The translations under genes and the position numbers were made by a program. The notes below the pieces were generated by a model that was not told where the DNA came from, searched no databases, and worked only from the letters and a program-made list of their open reading frames with translations. Shown here one piece after another: positions 1 to 14,299 of a stretch of DNA of 50,062 nucleotides. Source of the DNA: Octopus sinensis (Eukaryota); the NCBI RefSeq assembly GCF_006345805.1, contig NW_021834352.1, positions 1 to 50,062 of the forward strand. Reading direction: 5' to 3'. How positions within the stretch are numbered: position 1 is the first letter of the stretch; the number at the start of each line of letters is the position of its first letter.

Positions 1-125
1 AATTAAACACTCACTCAAACAAAATCACAGTCACACACAAACACACGCGCGAGCGCACACGCACACATGCACACAAACACACTCTAACACACACACAAAC
101 ACATACACAAACATACACTTACACA
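1..125. repeat. Degenerate (CA)n microsatellite
   Basis: Interrupted cacaca/acacaaac runs. Confidence 0.8.
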
Positions 126-269
126 CACAAGAACTTAGCATTTCTCAAAAATGATTTGCGTAAGATGTGTCATATATTAGGATGCTTTGAAAATATACAT
201 AACTAAATGAGATTGTATCGGTGTTAAAGCTATGAAAAATTTGAGCAAGCGTAGCTCTGCAGTGAAGCA

Positions 270-495
270 ACTGAGTGTTAAAAAGTTTGCTTCCACACAA
301 TATGGCTACGGTCACAATCACACTCGTGGCATCTTGGGGTAATTGTTGTCTACGTTAGCCTTTAGCCGAGCAAGCCCTATTGCCTGCGTTCGGTAGATGT
401 AAACAGATATAAGCCCATCGCATATGTGTCTTTGTGTATGTGTTTGACGCCCACCACCACTTGACAACCGGCATTGGTGTATTTGGGTCCTCAAA
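270..495 (+). mobile_element. Decayed tRNA-derived SINE (family with microsatellite middle)
   Basis: Head-like gtgttaaaaagtttgcttcc, then cttgggg..tagcc..gagcaagcc..ggtagatgtaaac..aagcccatcg and cttgacaaccggcattggtgt; collinear with the reverse complement of 13020-13340; matches recalled octopod SINE consensus. Confidence 0.6.
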
Positions 496-631
496 CCAAG
501 CTGTTCAACAAAATATTTCTATAGAACAAGTACCACGATTTAACACTATATTGAGATGCTGGTGTCAATTCGTTCCACTAAAATTCTACAAGGGGCTCCA
601 ATTTACTAAAAAAGAATATAAAACAAATAGA

Positions 632-1082
632 TAGAGAAGACGGGAGAGGTATGCAGTAATAAATATCTGGAAGATCCTGGAAGGAATTGTGCCAAATTTT
701 GGCATTGTAAGCTACACCAATGCTAGAACGGGACGACACTCATAGTGCCAAAGATCCCAGCACTGTCATCACGCTTCAGGACCAGCTTCTGCAACAGCCT
801 GGGTTTCATGGGCCCACAGCTTTTTAATATTCTCCCAAAGAGGCTGGGGAAATTGCACAAAGTAGATGTAGCGGTTTTTAAATCAAAGCTGGACATCTTC
901 CTGTCGAGATTCCCAGATGAACCTACCTCACGGCAAGAGGTGCAAACGAGAGTAGCTATATCAAACTCCATTCTTCACCAAGTGCCACCTATTAGACGAG
1001 GTTCTTCGTAATAGCAGTGTAGCACAAAATGGCGGTGCATCAGCATGGCCGCAGCTCTGAGCTGCAACTAGAGAAAAAAAAA
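632..1082 (+). mobile_element. 5'-truncated LINE 3' end (CR1/L2-like ORF2 C-terminus, 3'UTR and A-rich tail)
   Basis: 635-: RRERYAVINIWKILEGIVPNFG; 1-nt frameshift near 740; then GPQLFNILPK..FKSKLDIFLSRFPDEP..RVAISNSILHQ, stop at 1011; 3'UTR ggcggtgcatcagcatggccgcagctc; A-run ~1073-1082. Confidence 0.8.
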
Positions 1083-1132
1083 TTAAAAGGAAAATTTAAA
1101 ATTAATATTTACTGAGAATGCTAGATCTCGTC

Positions 1133-1282
1133 CACTACAGAATCGGACGAGATCGACTCCTCCCAAAAGTAACGAAACGCTGGATATTTGTCTTAACCCA
1201 AAAGATTGTAAGTGTAAGTGGTTTCGCTTCCTAACCGAATGAAAAAAGAGCGCTTCTTAACATATCCCGAATGTCTCCAAGG
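1133..1282 (+). repeat. 150-bp dispersed direct repeat, copy 1
   Basis: Aligns without gaps to 2226-2375 with about 20 substitutions by eye. Confidence 0.9.
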
Positions 1283-2225
1283 TAAGGTAGATTCTCCAAA
1301 ATTTCAAATGAAGACCTTTTTACAATTTAATTAGTTATGGGGCTTCTTTGTGGTAGACCCCTATTCTTTTCATTTGAAACGGAAAGTAGTTAGCAAGTAA
1401 AAATATGCATAATCTAGAACACTGGAACCGTTACACTACTAAATATATGTAAATTGATGTTGCATCGACTCCATCAGAATTTGAACACTATAATATAGTA
1501 CATACATCAACAGTGCTAACATCAGATTTTATGGCCGCATAAGAACGATTATCAGACAATGTATGAATAATCTATTCTTCAAGCTTCTTTATGGGATAAT
1601 GTATAAAATTAAATTTAATTAACTTACATTGGGGTTTGATGTTTTTAAATAATTTAATCGCTGGTTATTATTATACATAAGTCGTGTATGAAACAACGTG
1701 GTAATGGAAGTTGATTAAATATTCTATTCAAATGGTTCTGACTGATAAATTGATGATTAATTACATTTCATTTTAATTAATTTCGGCCGCACACAACTAC
1801 ACAAATATATATGTGTAAGATTTTGTTTTAAATATATGCGCCGCAACCCTCATAAAGCAAATCTCTTTCGGGAAACGCTGAAAATAAGCCAACAAAAACT
1901 TATCTGCATATAATTTCGACGTAAAATTCCATGAAATTATGAAAAATGTAAGAAAATGAAGAAAAAAATAAATGACCAGCCGGCATATAACAAAATGATT
2001 CATGACCTTCTTTGGCAGTACACAGACACACATACACACTCACTCACACAACCACACCCATATGTACACAATATATTTTATATATACATATATACATACA
2101 TAAACATACACACATATTTGTGCAACGTATCTACAGCAGCTACAGCACGTCCACTATCACAGCAAATGCCGCCATAAATCTCACTTTCGAAAGAAGTGAA
2201 GAGGTCAACAACATCGATGTTCACT

Positions 2226-2375
2226 CACTACAGAATCGGACGATATCGAGTCCTCCCAAAAGTAACGAAACGAGGGGTATTTGTCTTAACCCCAAATACT
2301 CAAAGTGTAAGTGGTTCACCTTCCTAACTGAATGAAAAGAGAGCGCTCCCTAACATAGCCCCAATGTCTCCATGG
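2226..2375 (+). repeat. 150-bp dispersed direct repeat, copy 2
   Basis: cactacagaatcggacga..aatgtctcca shared with 1133-1282. Confidence 0.9.
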
Positions 2376-2625
2376 GGTCTCACAATCCGTTTTCATCCCA
2401 GGTAGATCTCGGATACCTACGTGGATTGGATACTTGGCCCGACCGACTTATGGTGTACTCAGAGATGAAACTAGGTTTACACAAGTAGATCTTGCTCATG
2501 ACGCTGTTATTCTTGTTGATATGACAGATGAAATACAATGAGAAAAAAAATGTTTTCAAGTTGACAGATAATTGAATTTGACATATGTCATTAGAGAAGA
2601 CAACACATTTATTCGTTTCAGTTTT

Positions 2626-2812
2626 TGGTGCAAGACCATTAATTTCAGGGGCGGATTTAAGTCGATTTCATCAACCCTGCTGCTCAACCGGTATTTATTT
2701 CACCGATTCTGAAAGGACGAAAAGTAAAATCTACCTCCGTTAATTGGAACTCAGGATGATATATTTGTAGGCAATTTGCTGGGCGTGCCACAGATTCAGC
2801 CGGCTTGCTAAC
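2626..2812 (-). mobile_element. Decayed CORE-type tRNA SINE
   Basis: aagtcgatttcatcaaccc..accggtatttattt..gaaaggacgaaaagtaaaatctacctc..ggaactcag; similar to other copies at 24018, 32843 and 33083. Confidence 0.65.
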
Positions 2813-3755
2813 ATTGATATTTTACATCTTATAACAATCGTGATGCTTTAATGTCTGTTACAAAAATTCGCACATATACAAAAGAAAAAAGTAAAGCCAT
2901 GAAGACTTGTACTAAACCAAAGTAATGCGGCGCTTATGGAAATATAAACTATAAATCATGAATGAATCCGTTCAAAATATTGTCACCTTTCGCTATGTGC
3001 AGCAATATTTAAACAAAATATTTATCATTCCGATATGATTTCAGTAAAATAATTCGCTTAATATGAACCTTATTCTTATTAATATGCGGTAGTGATTGAA
3101 GGGTCAATTATGAAACGAAACATTACATTTGCGGTGATATATTGACAGACTGAAATGAAAAGAGACAGAGATATGGAGAAAAAAGGGGACATTTACACAC
3201 ATACATGTATTCGAAGTCACAAATGCATACATATACACATACATATGAGTGTGTATGTATATACATATGCTAAAGCACACACATATACATATGCTTGTGT
3301 GTGTATGCATGTGCGTACATGTATACATGCATATAACATTTTCATTGGGCAGTTTCCTGGAAAGACTGCAATAGTAGGCCACATAGAACGTTAATATATA
3401 TATAAAAGGAATGAGATTCCGCGAGACATATATTTCCACATCATGTTGTGCAACAAATTATTGTATAGTCATTCGTACCTCCGCATCCTCGATTATTGGG
3501 ATGATATACAATTATTCTAGAACAAGCGGGTTGTTAAACAAAATAAATATATTGATTCTTTTCAAGACATCCAAGGAATTATCTCATATATTACAATTGA
3601 TTACTGCAGTTTCAAAAAAACCATTTCATAGAAAGAATATACATACTTACACACGCACACAGACACATGTATGTGTATATAGGTACGTATATAGACACCT
3701 ATGCGTTTATATTATACGTATGCATATGTATTAACATATCCACATACACGTACAC

Positions 3756-3802
<47 letters not shown>

Positions 3803-5339
3803 GAGAGAAAGATGTATATATGTATATATATATAAATACATATATTTGTATATATGTTCATATATATGTAATTATGTATGTACACATCTGTTATATATGC
3901 TGTGTGCATGTATGTTGCTTGCAATAAAATTTTATGTGCAAGAATATCGACCAATGTATATATTTGAGTATAATCTTTATTTCTTCTATAACTTTAGAAG
4001 TTTTTGCAACATGAAATTTTTTTTATCTTCCTTTGATTTACAGAAATTTTTTTTGTACGCTTCTAGTTTCTTTTTTTTTCTTTCATTTTATCAAAGTAGA
4101 TATATAGAAACGAAATTTATTTCATAATACAATGCTTATATTATTTTTTACTTCTCATTTGTTCTCGGAAAAAGTAACTATAACAATCATATAAAGAATG
4201 TTATGATTTTTCAAAAATATTTTTGCTGATGTGAATATATATATATATTTTCATCTGTACAATGCAACTTCAATCGATCCGATATACTTTCATTTAATTA
4301 AAGACGGATTATTCATATATAAATATGTCACTATGAAATATTGCCATATTTGTCTTCTATATGTTCGTATATAACTAAATTTCTATATTCAGTAATGCAA
4401 TACGGCCAAGCTGTTCAAGCATTTTCCAGTATTCACTGGTACATACTTTGCATTTTCATAGATATTTTACTGCTCTCGTTTATGGAACCGCTATCTTACG
4501 TTACACAAATATGAATGAATATTTTCACTAGAAAGTTGTTAACACAAACATTTCCGTACGGTAGTACATAACGACGTATGTTCATCCATAAAATTCTATC
4601 TACCCAACTATCATTTTCTCTCTTTCTCTCTCTCTTTCACTTCCTGTCTCTCGATGTGTTTACACACACACGCAACTTGATACATCTCTAATTTGCCTCT
4701 ACAAGTTATGCTATTGAATATTTACTTTTAAAATATAAATAGTCTATCGCAAGAAATTTTTAAGCTTTAATTCGGAAGAGCGTAATAATACACAATACGC
4801 ATGAACCACAAACTTTGGGATCGTCTGACGTAAGAGCAAGAATTATTCACCGAGCCAAAGTGTATATTTTCTATCCTTTTTATAGAACTAGCGTAATTCC
4901 AGTTCCTTTCCGTCTGATTCACCATAGCAAGATCCTTGTCTTTCACCTCACCACATTGCAAGGGTTAACCCTTCGTTTTCTTCCAGAATGAACGTGCTAT
5001 GCTGTTCAAGATCTATAACGGACGTAAAATACAGGACAGAAGGAGGGTTCGTTGTCAGTTGGGAATATAAAGGAAATATCACGCAAACCGATTTGTGAGA
5101 TATACGACTATTTCGGTCCTTTGTTTGGGAGGAAGTTCCCTGAAAGTCCCACTAATGTATGTTGTCTATATTCTTTTTATAATCCCGAACACTATCAAAG
5201 AGATTTTCTCTCGTATTGATTTGTAGACGATTGATCCTGTGGTTACTTGGACTCTGTCCGAGGTTTCAAGGTTTAAATCCTCAAATTCTTTCCTTTAAGT
5301 CTCAATAACATTTTTCTTATGACCGTCCGTTCTTTTTGT

Positions 5340-5462
5340 TTAACACATTACTATTGCTGCTATTGTTGTTGCTGTTGCTGTTGTTGTTGTTGTTGTTGTT
5401 GAAGTTGTTGTTGTTGATGATGATGTTGATGTTGTTGATGATGATGATGATGTTGTTGTTGT

Positions 5463-5497
<35 letters not shown>

Positions 5498-5546
5498 GTG
5501 ATGGTGATGATGATGATGATGATGATGATAATGATGATGGGGATGT

Positions 5547-5588
<42 letters not shown>

Positions 5589-5630
5589 GATGATGACGAT
5601 GATGATGATCATGATGATGTTGTTGATGTC

Positions 5631-5664
<34 letters not shown>

Positions 5665-5665
5665 T

Positions 5666-5706
<41 letters not shown>

Positions 5707-5720
5707 TTTATGATGTTTTT
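5340..5720. repeat. (GTT)n/(GAT)n compound trinucleotide array
   Basis: Direct reading; produces the poly-L/M and poly-S/T pseudo-ORFs. Confidence 0.95.
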
Positions 5721-5789
5721 TTCTGCTGTTGTCGATGGACTTGTGGGAATGTTTCTAAAATAGACTATAGTTATGATTTTGTGTGTTTT

Positions 5790-6000
5790 TGTGGTTTTCT
5801 TTGAGTAGGGATCTATAATCCCCTTGTGTTTCGCCTTTCTAATTTGAGAGCCATGTGCAATATTTAGGCCTTTCTGCTTTCTTCAACTTATTTTTCATAA
5901 AATCTGTGGGAGGCAGTGAAGTCTGGTCGAAACTCATGTTGCCTGAGGCGTTGTTATTGGTTTGGAAACCGGGGAGTTGTTTGCTTTTACTTGGGAACAT
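5790..6000 (-). pseudogene. Possible internal LINE ORF2 fragment (linker between endonuclease and RT)
   Basis: Broken minus-strand frames give RYVPK..ASHRFYEK*VEESRKA and RKAKHKGIIDPLLKEN, reminiscent of the CR1-like linker ending in IGPLL; heavily decayed. Confidence 0.3.
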
Positions 6001-8089
6001 ATCTTTCCTGTTGTCTTGATTTTGTTGTAGCGTCAACAACTTTTCCATATATTGTAGGTGTAGATGTGGCTGTAGTGTTGTCTGCAATATTGGTTTATTG
6101 CAGAAGCTATTGTGCAGGGTAGTACAACCACAGGTACTTTGACTTTCCGAACTTGACCACCACTCATATGAGCTCCTTGTCCTGCATGTAAATTTGTTAG
6201 GGATTTTGTGGAAGTTATTTGATGTCAGTGACATTGCAACTTTCACCCTGACTACTGACAACATTTCGTTCAGGATCGATTTCATGGCGTGTATATCAAC
6301 ATATATCACTACAGATATAATTAAATTGAAATAATTTCTTCTGCGGATCATATGTATCAACACAAGTTTTCAAATTCACTTTGCTATGAAATATTGCTAC
6401 AAGAGATCCAAATAACCCTTATCTCTTTACAGGCATATTTCAGAAATACTTCCGCATCCGCTAGTGCCGGATATTCAAGTTAACAGTTTTGGTAACACAT
6501 CTAGAAGTTACATTTTATTTTTCGCTTTTAGTGTGTGATATCCGCTGTTTCACGAGAGGGTGAAATAAGGAAATTAAGTTTGACGAGGCATTTTCTGAAA
6601 TATCTCAGTCGTGACTCAATCCCCTCACATTTCGTTGGGTGAATTTTAGCGAAATATTTTATTTGTTTATTTGTTAATTTAACCGATATATTTGTTGCTG
6701 GTGGTACTGGCAGTGGTAGTGGCAGTGCTGGAGTTGATAATTGTCGCGGTGTTAGTAGTGTTAGTGGTTGTCTTGATGGTAGTGCTGATCATCGCTTCAT
6801 TGATTCTTTTGATAAAAGTCTTTTCGGTTTTTGTTTGTTTTGATATTTGTTGCTCTGTGTTGACTCTCCTTTGTTGCTGTTGGTGGTGCCTTCGCTGCTT
6901 TCTTTGTAAAAAAATCTTCATTTGCATTTCTTCTAGAAATTTGTTGTTGTTGCTGTCTTTGCTGTCGTTATTTGTAGAGGCTTCAAGAAGCTCTTTGTTA
7001 AATTTTCCATTTCCTGTTTATCTTTAAATTAGTTCCAACAGAAATTTACGATGTCGTTCGTTTTCAAAGCGGTGACATAACCTGTCCTGTTCACACTTTC
7101 TTTCAAAGCGATCTGGTATGCACTTCAATCTCTTCGACCTTTATTTCTCTCTTTCTATCCTTCTTTCTCTTGCACTTTCTATTCTCTCTCTCTCTTTGTT
7201 CTTCTGTGTCTCTGTTTCTTTCTCTTTCCCTTTCTCTCTTTCTCCCTCTCTCTCTCTCTCATGAAAAGCTTCACTGTGTCGCGTCCTCATGGATGGCGAT
7301 AATAATTTTCATAACAAAAGCTGACTTAAATCGAGTTTTCTCAAAATGTACGAAAAAGTACGAAAACAAAATTAGCAGTCAACTTTAAATATTTCATGTT
7401 CAACGAAGATATACATTTCAAAAATAATAGTTTAAAATGAGAAAGCTGCCATAAATCCGATTTACAAAATATGACGTGAGAAATAAGACATAATTAAATG
7501 AGAGTAAGGAAAAAGTAACTGGCAATGAAATAGTCAATTATTTATTCTAACAGTTATTCTCTAACATTGATACGGAGTTAGGTTATAAGAATAAATTGAA
7601 AGAATTTAGTAATTTTGGTGGGCGGGTTATCATTTGAATATTACTAAAAAAATGTAAAAACTAGGCTATAATATAAATAAGATCATTCGTTTTAGTCGAA
7701 AATAATTTTTTTTGTTAATAGAAAATTTATGATGAAATCCAATCGTTTATCAAATTTGGTACATTGACTGAGTTGTTCAAAATGGTGGTTATTGAAGATT
7801 CTTACAGAAATTCAGTGAAATAAAGAGACGACGTGATAAAATCATCGTAATTAACATATGAAATGAAGAATAATATCAGTAGTATAAAAAAAGCAAATTG
7901 ATGCATTAATATCGATGATTAAGGCAAGTGCAAAGACAAGTGAAATATTAATGATGAAAAACATATGTGAAGGTAAATTCTACGAAGATACTGCGAAAAC
8001 GAAAACCGAAATTTGAAAATATTACATCAGCATAAAAAGACAATTGTTACGAAAAAGTAACTTTTCAGAATTTAGTAGTGCATAATTTA

Positions 8090-8457
8090 GTAGCAGTAGT
8101 AGTTGTTGTATTGGTGGTGGTGATGGTGGTGGTGGATGTGGTGTTGCTGTTGGTAGTGGTAGTGGTAGTAGTATTAGTAGTAGTAGTAGTGGTGTGGTAG
8201 TAGTGATAGTGGTGATGGTGGTGGTGGTGGAGATGTTGATGATGAGGTTGGTGTTGGTGTTAGTGGTTGTGGTTGTGATGGTGGTGGTAGTAGTAGTAAT
8301 ATCATTATTATTATTAGTAGTAGTGGTGGTGGTGGTGGTGGTGGTAGTCATAGACATGGTAACCTCGAGAATTTTGCAATGTGGTTGTAGTGGCGACGTC
8401 GAGAGAACAGTAGTAACAACAACAGCAGCGGCAGCTATTGTAGTAGTAGTAGTAGTG

Positions 8458-8544
<87 letters not shown>

Positions 8545-8550
8545 ACAACT
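8090..8550. repeat. (GTA)/(GTG)/(GCA)n compound trinucleotide array
   Basis: Direct reading. Confidence 0.9.
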
Positions 8551-9038
8551 GGAGCGATAGACGTAGTGTCCTGGAGAAGGTTGTGATGTAGCAGATGTTA
8601 AGTGAAACATGATATGTTAGAAAAGTAAATAAAAAAGAAAGATATCCAAAATTTAAAATGAACTTAAGACAAAAAGATTGGCGTGATGACGGAGGTGCAC
8701 ACACAACAGGAAGCCAAAATGAGATGAGACTCTAGATTATTTATTTTCAAATGACTTTCAATGCTTAAAAATTATCCGCATAGTACTGTTGCATTAGACA
8801 TTATTGTTAAAAGGTATAAAACAAAACCAATAAAAGACAATACGAAAACCAAGAAAAAAACAACAAAATACAACGAAGAAATGTAAAAAATAGAGTATAG
8901 TGTATGGAAACATAAAAAATAGAAGCGAAAATTTGAAAAATAAATGAGAGAATATATAAGAATTATTTGAAAAGATGAGGTGGAAAAAACAAAAATAAAC
9001 AAAACATAAAGTAAACTTGGCCTGACTAGATGTACACG

Positions 9039-9073
<35 letters not shown>

Positions 9074-9198
9074 TATATATACATACATAAAAAATGATTT
9101 GTGGATAGAAAAGTGTAACTCGGGCACATGCAAATCTCTGGGCAGACACGAGCATACACACGAGAATATGTATACATACAAACATATGTATATATATA

Positions 9199-9237
<39 letters not shown>

Positions 9238-9251
<14 letters not shown>

Positions 9252-9851
9252 GTATGTATATATCACGAAGCCACGCATTTATATAGACACACCTATATAA
9301 AGCGTACGATAAGCATTTAAGTCATTTGCGTGTTTGTGACTATGAATATTTCAATGTTAAAGATTTTGCATAAAAATGTATATCGTAGATGTGTTTGTTT
9401 ATAGCTGTGTGTGTATATATCCGAACTTTTTAATATAAATGGAAAATATCTGAAAGTAAATATGAAACACTAAACAAGAAAAAAAATGTTAGTTAAAAAA
9501 AAGCAAATTATTTTCTTACTGAAATTATTGGGAATAATTCAATGAAGAAATATTCAATCGGTGCCAAGGGCTAAGTACACAATCTACATAGAATGATCTC
9601 TCACCCACCCTGACACTGACGCACATACACACAAGCAAAAACAAGTGATACTGCGTGTAAGAGTGTGTCCACCATTTAAGCATATACTAAATCATGTTGC
9701 TAAATATATACGTGCGTGTGTGTGTGCGTACACGCGTATGTATGAATGTAAATACGTACACACACACATACATATATAATTATATTTATATGCATATATA
9801 TGTATATGTTCGTATATATGTATGTAAATATATAAATATGTATATATATAC

Positions 9852-9935
<84 letters not shown>

Positions 9936-10541
9936 ATATCACGAAGCCACGCATTTATATAGACACACCGATATAAAGCGTACGATAAGCATTTAAGTCA
10001 TTTGCGTGTTTGTGACTATGAATATTTCAATGTTAAAGATTTTGCATAAAAATGTATATCGTAGATGTGTTTGTTTATAGCTGTGTGTGTATATATCCGA
10101 ACTTTTTATATAAATGGAAAATATCTGAAAGTAAATATGAAACACTAAACAAGAAAAAAAATGTTAGTTAAAAAAAAGCAAATTATTTTCTTACTGAAAT
10201 TATTGGAATAATTCAATGAAGAAATATTCAATCGGTGCCAAGGGCTAAGTACACAATCTACATAGAATGATCTCTCACCCACCCTGACACTGACGCACAT
10301 ACACACAAGCAAAAACAAGTGATACTGCGTGTAAGAGTGTGTCCACCATTTAAGCATATACTAAATCATGTTGCTAAATATATACGTGCGTGTGTGTGTG
10401 CGTACACGCGTATGTATGAATGTAAATACGTACACACACACATACATATATAATTATATTTATATGCATATATATGTATATGTTCGTATATATGTATGTA
10501 AATATATAAATATGTATATATATACATATACATATATATAT

Positions 10542-10560
<19 letters not shown>
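9238..10560. repeat. Near-perfect tandem duplication, period ~675 bp
   Basis: tcacgaagccacgc at 9263 and 9939; ORFs 9694 and 10368 start identically; units bounded by (TA)n; only a few substitutions and homopolymer indels differ. Confidence 0.95.
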
Positions 10561-10581
<21 letters not shown>

Positions 10582-11574
10582 CGTATTTATGTGCATGTGT
10601 TGTGTGTGTGTGTGTGTGTGTGTGTGTAATTCTCTGTGTTTTTGCAAATATGGCAATGTATGTGTGTTTGAACGCGAGTGTGTGTGTGTGTGCGGATGTT
10701 GATTTGGTTGCCTGGAAACATGAGGCTGGACACCGACTTTGATTAAACAACACAAAATAGGATGTCTGCTAGACTGACAAAACACTAAGTTCAAATACAA
10801 CACATGATTTTAATCTCAAATCGTTTCAATTGATATAACCCCATACTAATTGAATCACTAACAGTCATTAACATAATGTTCACACCCACCTCCTTTGTCT
10901 CCTAAACAATCACGACCAATTATCCCTATCTCACATCATTGATTTCATTCTCCGCAAATTGCCCTTACATAAAAGTAACACAATGATATTTTATTCACTA
11001 CTATCTCCGAATATCTCTGACTTCGTACACTGTCACCTCCTTCAGACATTACACTTCGTATATACATTTTTTTTTCTAGGATACACGTCTGTTGACTCTA
11101 TAGCTTTTCGTTAAGTCACCGCCTTAGACACCGCCTAAGGTAGCTTTGACGAACGATACTTATTTTTTTAAGCATGGTACTAATTAGCAACCCGAAAATA
11201 GAGGAAGTGGGGCAAGTAATGGATTACATATTAGCTATATTCTACGACAACGCGTTTTCAAGTGCAGGTATAAAATTATTCATAAGTAATATTTATTAGT
11301 AATGTTTATTAGAAAAATCAGTGACAGAGATAAGCGGAGATAGTAATGAATAAAATATCATTCTGTTACTGCTGTGTAAGAACAATTTTCGATGAAAGAA
11401 AGCAATGATATGAGATAGGGATAATTGGCCGTGGTTGTTTAGGGGACAAATGCGTTGGGAGTGAACATGTCATGAACTTGATATGAAAACATTTCTGCCT
11501 GTCCAAATTAGTACAATCACATAAGCATATATGTCCATGCAAGGACAGAGCGTAGGCCTGCGTGTATGTATAAG

Positions 11575-11629
<55 letters not shown>

Positions 11630-13019
11630 AGAGAGAGAGAGAGACATAGATAAACATGCATTCTTTTACTTCTTTGAGAATATATATTCACATACAATAT
11701 ATATATATATATATATATACATACATATGTGTGTTTGTGTGCCTGTGTGTGTACATGGGTGTGGGTATATACACGTGCGTATGCATCGTAAGTATTCTAA
11801 GATATGGCACATATCATTCATCTAGCGTTTTGGAGCGCATGAATTTACTTGGCATACCGACGGTGCCAAAATTACTATGATCAATAAAGACTTATGAGTG
11901 CATTTTGTTTGCAGACTTAAATAAATTTCCAGAAAACTTCAAAGTGGAGACTTACTTAATATATTGCATCAAATCTAATAAAACATCTAATAAAGCACTA
12001 ATATATTGGAGCTGATTGCTCGTTGAGATGTCCACTTTTATTGTCCATTTATAGGAATAGTCGATTCAGCGACTATTAATCCGCAGAAACTTCACCTAAA
12101 TAGCCTCACGTATTTCTTTGTCGGCAATTGTGTCCAACTTGGCAGTCATATTAGTTATTGTTGAAAGCAATTTGTATGTCGTTCCGTCGAAAATTGGAAA
12201 TAATTCCCGCTGTCGTTTATTCTATGAATTTGAATGCACATATGTGTGAGTGTGTGTGTGTATGTGTGTATGTGTATTTGTGTCTGTGTATTCAAATGCA
12301 TTTACATATACAAACAGACATATATGTTTATAGAAATATTTAGCAATGCGATATTATACAACAGTTGTTCTACCTACCTGTCTGCTACACCTAACAAACT
12401 TAGTCTGCTTTCCGGAAAATAAATTCTGAAAGTAAGCAAATTTAGAAGTAATTCAACAATACATAGGGTTATTTCTCTCTTTGATACTAATTCTTTTGAG
12501 CACATACTACTTTTGTTTTTATTTAATCTCCTACAGTCATATTTTCCAATAAACTTCTACACAGTCTCCAATGATTGAATGACACAAGTAGCGAAATTAA
12601 ATTCAACGTACAAAGATGTTTTGATTCAAAACACAAACAAAGCTAGAAGCGCTTATTGAAACACAAATGCATTTATAATGTGTAAAACCTAAATCCAAAG
12701 CGCAATTACGTTCGTTAGAATCTCCCACGCTTGCCTATAAAATCAGATGCATTCATATTACCACATAAAAGCAGCTATAAAAGAATACCTACATGTGAAA
12801 TTGAAATAATTTAATTCCTTCCTTTCTAAAAATGTGGTAAATATTTTCAGCTACCTCTCACGACAAAATCTAGCGATGCTCTTGCTTGTAGGCATACATA
12901 CATATGCGTTTTATCCTTTATTTCTATCAGCCGTTAAACTACGGCCATGCTGCACGATCACTTTGGGAGAAATATTTTAGTCGAATAAATCAACGACAGA
13001 ACTTATTTTCTTTTCAAGA

Positions 13020-13340
13020 CTTATAACTAAATAAGTCGGTCCTTTTTGAAGAAGCACCAAGTTACGGGGACGTCAACACACCTTCGGCAATTGCCGAGTA
13101 AAGGTCGAAGAGAAACACAGAGAGAAGGACTCACATGCACACAATGACAAAACGCACACAAACAAATAAAAAATCTCACACACACACAAACGTATACGTG
13201 CTTCATTCGGTCTACAAAGTATTTTGTTACCCGAAAATATAGTAGATGACACTAAAGAAGTTTCCACACTGTGAGACTGAACCCGCAACAATATTGTTGG
13301 GAAGCAAGCAACTTATCCGATCAACAACGACTGCTCTGGT
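13020..13340 (-). mobile_element. Decayed tRNA-derived SINE (same family as 270-495)
   Basis: aagttacggggacgtcaacacacc..(CA)..tatagtagatgacact..gagactgaacccg..gttgggaagcaagc; reverse complement gives a tRNA-like head with B-box-like cgggttcagtctc. Confidence 0.65.
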
Positions 13341-13350
13341 ATGTATACTT

Positions 13351-13398
<48 letters not shown>

Positions 13399-14252
13399 AC
13401 ACTCACACCTATCTGAAACAGTTGAGAGATATTCTATATTGAGAAAAATGATGCAATCAGGATTTTGGATAAAGGTTTCTTAACGCTTTCATTCGTTTTC
13501 GAACGCGTCAAGATAAATTCAAAACCGAAATGGTAAAAGTAGAACGTTTCGTTGACTATTTATATGAATCAGCTGACTTTTTTTTTTGTTTTCTTTAGAA
13601 AGGGGCAGTGAGAGAGAGAGCGAGAGGGAGAGAAAAGCAAAGCGGGGGAAAATAAGTCGAGAGAAAGCTTTCAGGGCTATCAAAAAAGAGGACAAAAATA
13701 ATAAATTATGGAGAAAGGATAGACAAATAGAGAGATAGAGAGAGAGAGATGTTTCTTTTCTTCTTGGTATTGTCAATTCAGTGAAATTTCATTACAATTT
13801 TTTTTTCTTTCCTTTCATCTTTCTATCATTATCTATTTTTCCATTGCATACTTATCAATATGTTTGCAAATAAACAAATGTTGTCACAAGTGCTGGTGGC
13901 CTTTCAAAGGTGTCAATTTTAGGAAGTAGGATGGAACAAATAAGAAAAGTGGTGGGTGATGCGTTCATCACTGACAAATAAAAAAGAGTTTAAAGTTCAA
14001 ATTCCTATGAAAATTTATATTCTTGTACACTGTAGAGCTAAGTCCCATATTGTGTATAATTCTATGTTTTGCATGAACAAACATAAAATATTAGTATAAT
14101 ATTATAAATTAGGATAATAAAGTCAGAATCACGAATTCCTTTGCAAAGTATCTACATTAGATGTTTTTCCTAACGAGTTGTAAAATGCTTGCAGAATTCT
14201 TTCGCAGTTATATGTGTGTTCTATACGAACAGCAATTGTCAAAATCCCCTTG

Positions 14253-14299
<47 letters not shown>

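Noticed and set aside
3667-4127. YIYI/IYIY-type ORFs here and throughout the window
   Set aside because: Translations of (TA)n/(CA)n microsatellites.
4767-5330. Possible decayed coding sequence
   Set aside because: No recognisable motif in any frame; stops in all frames.
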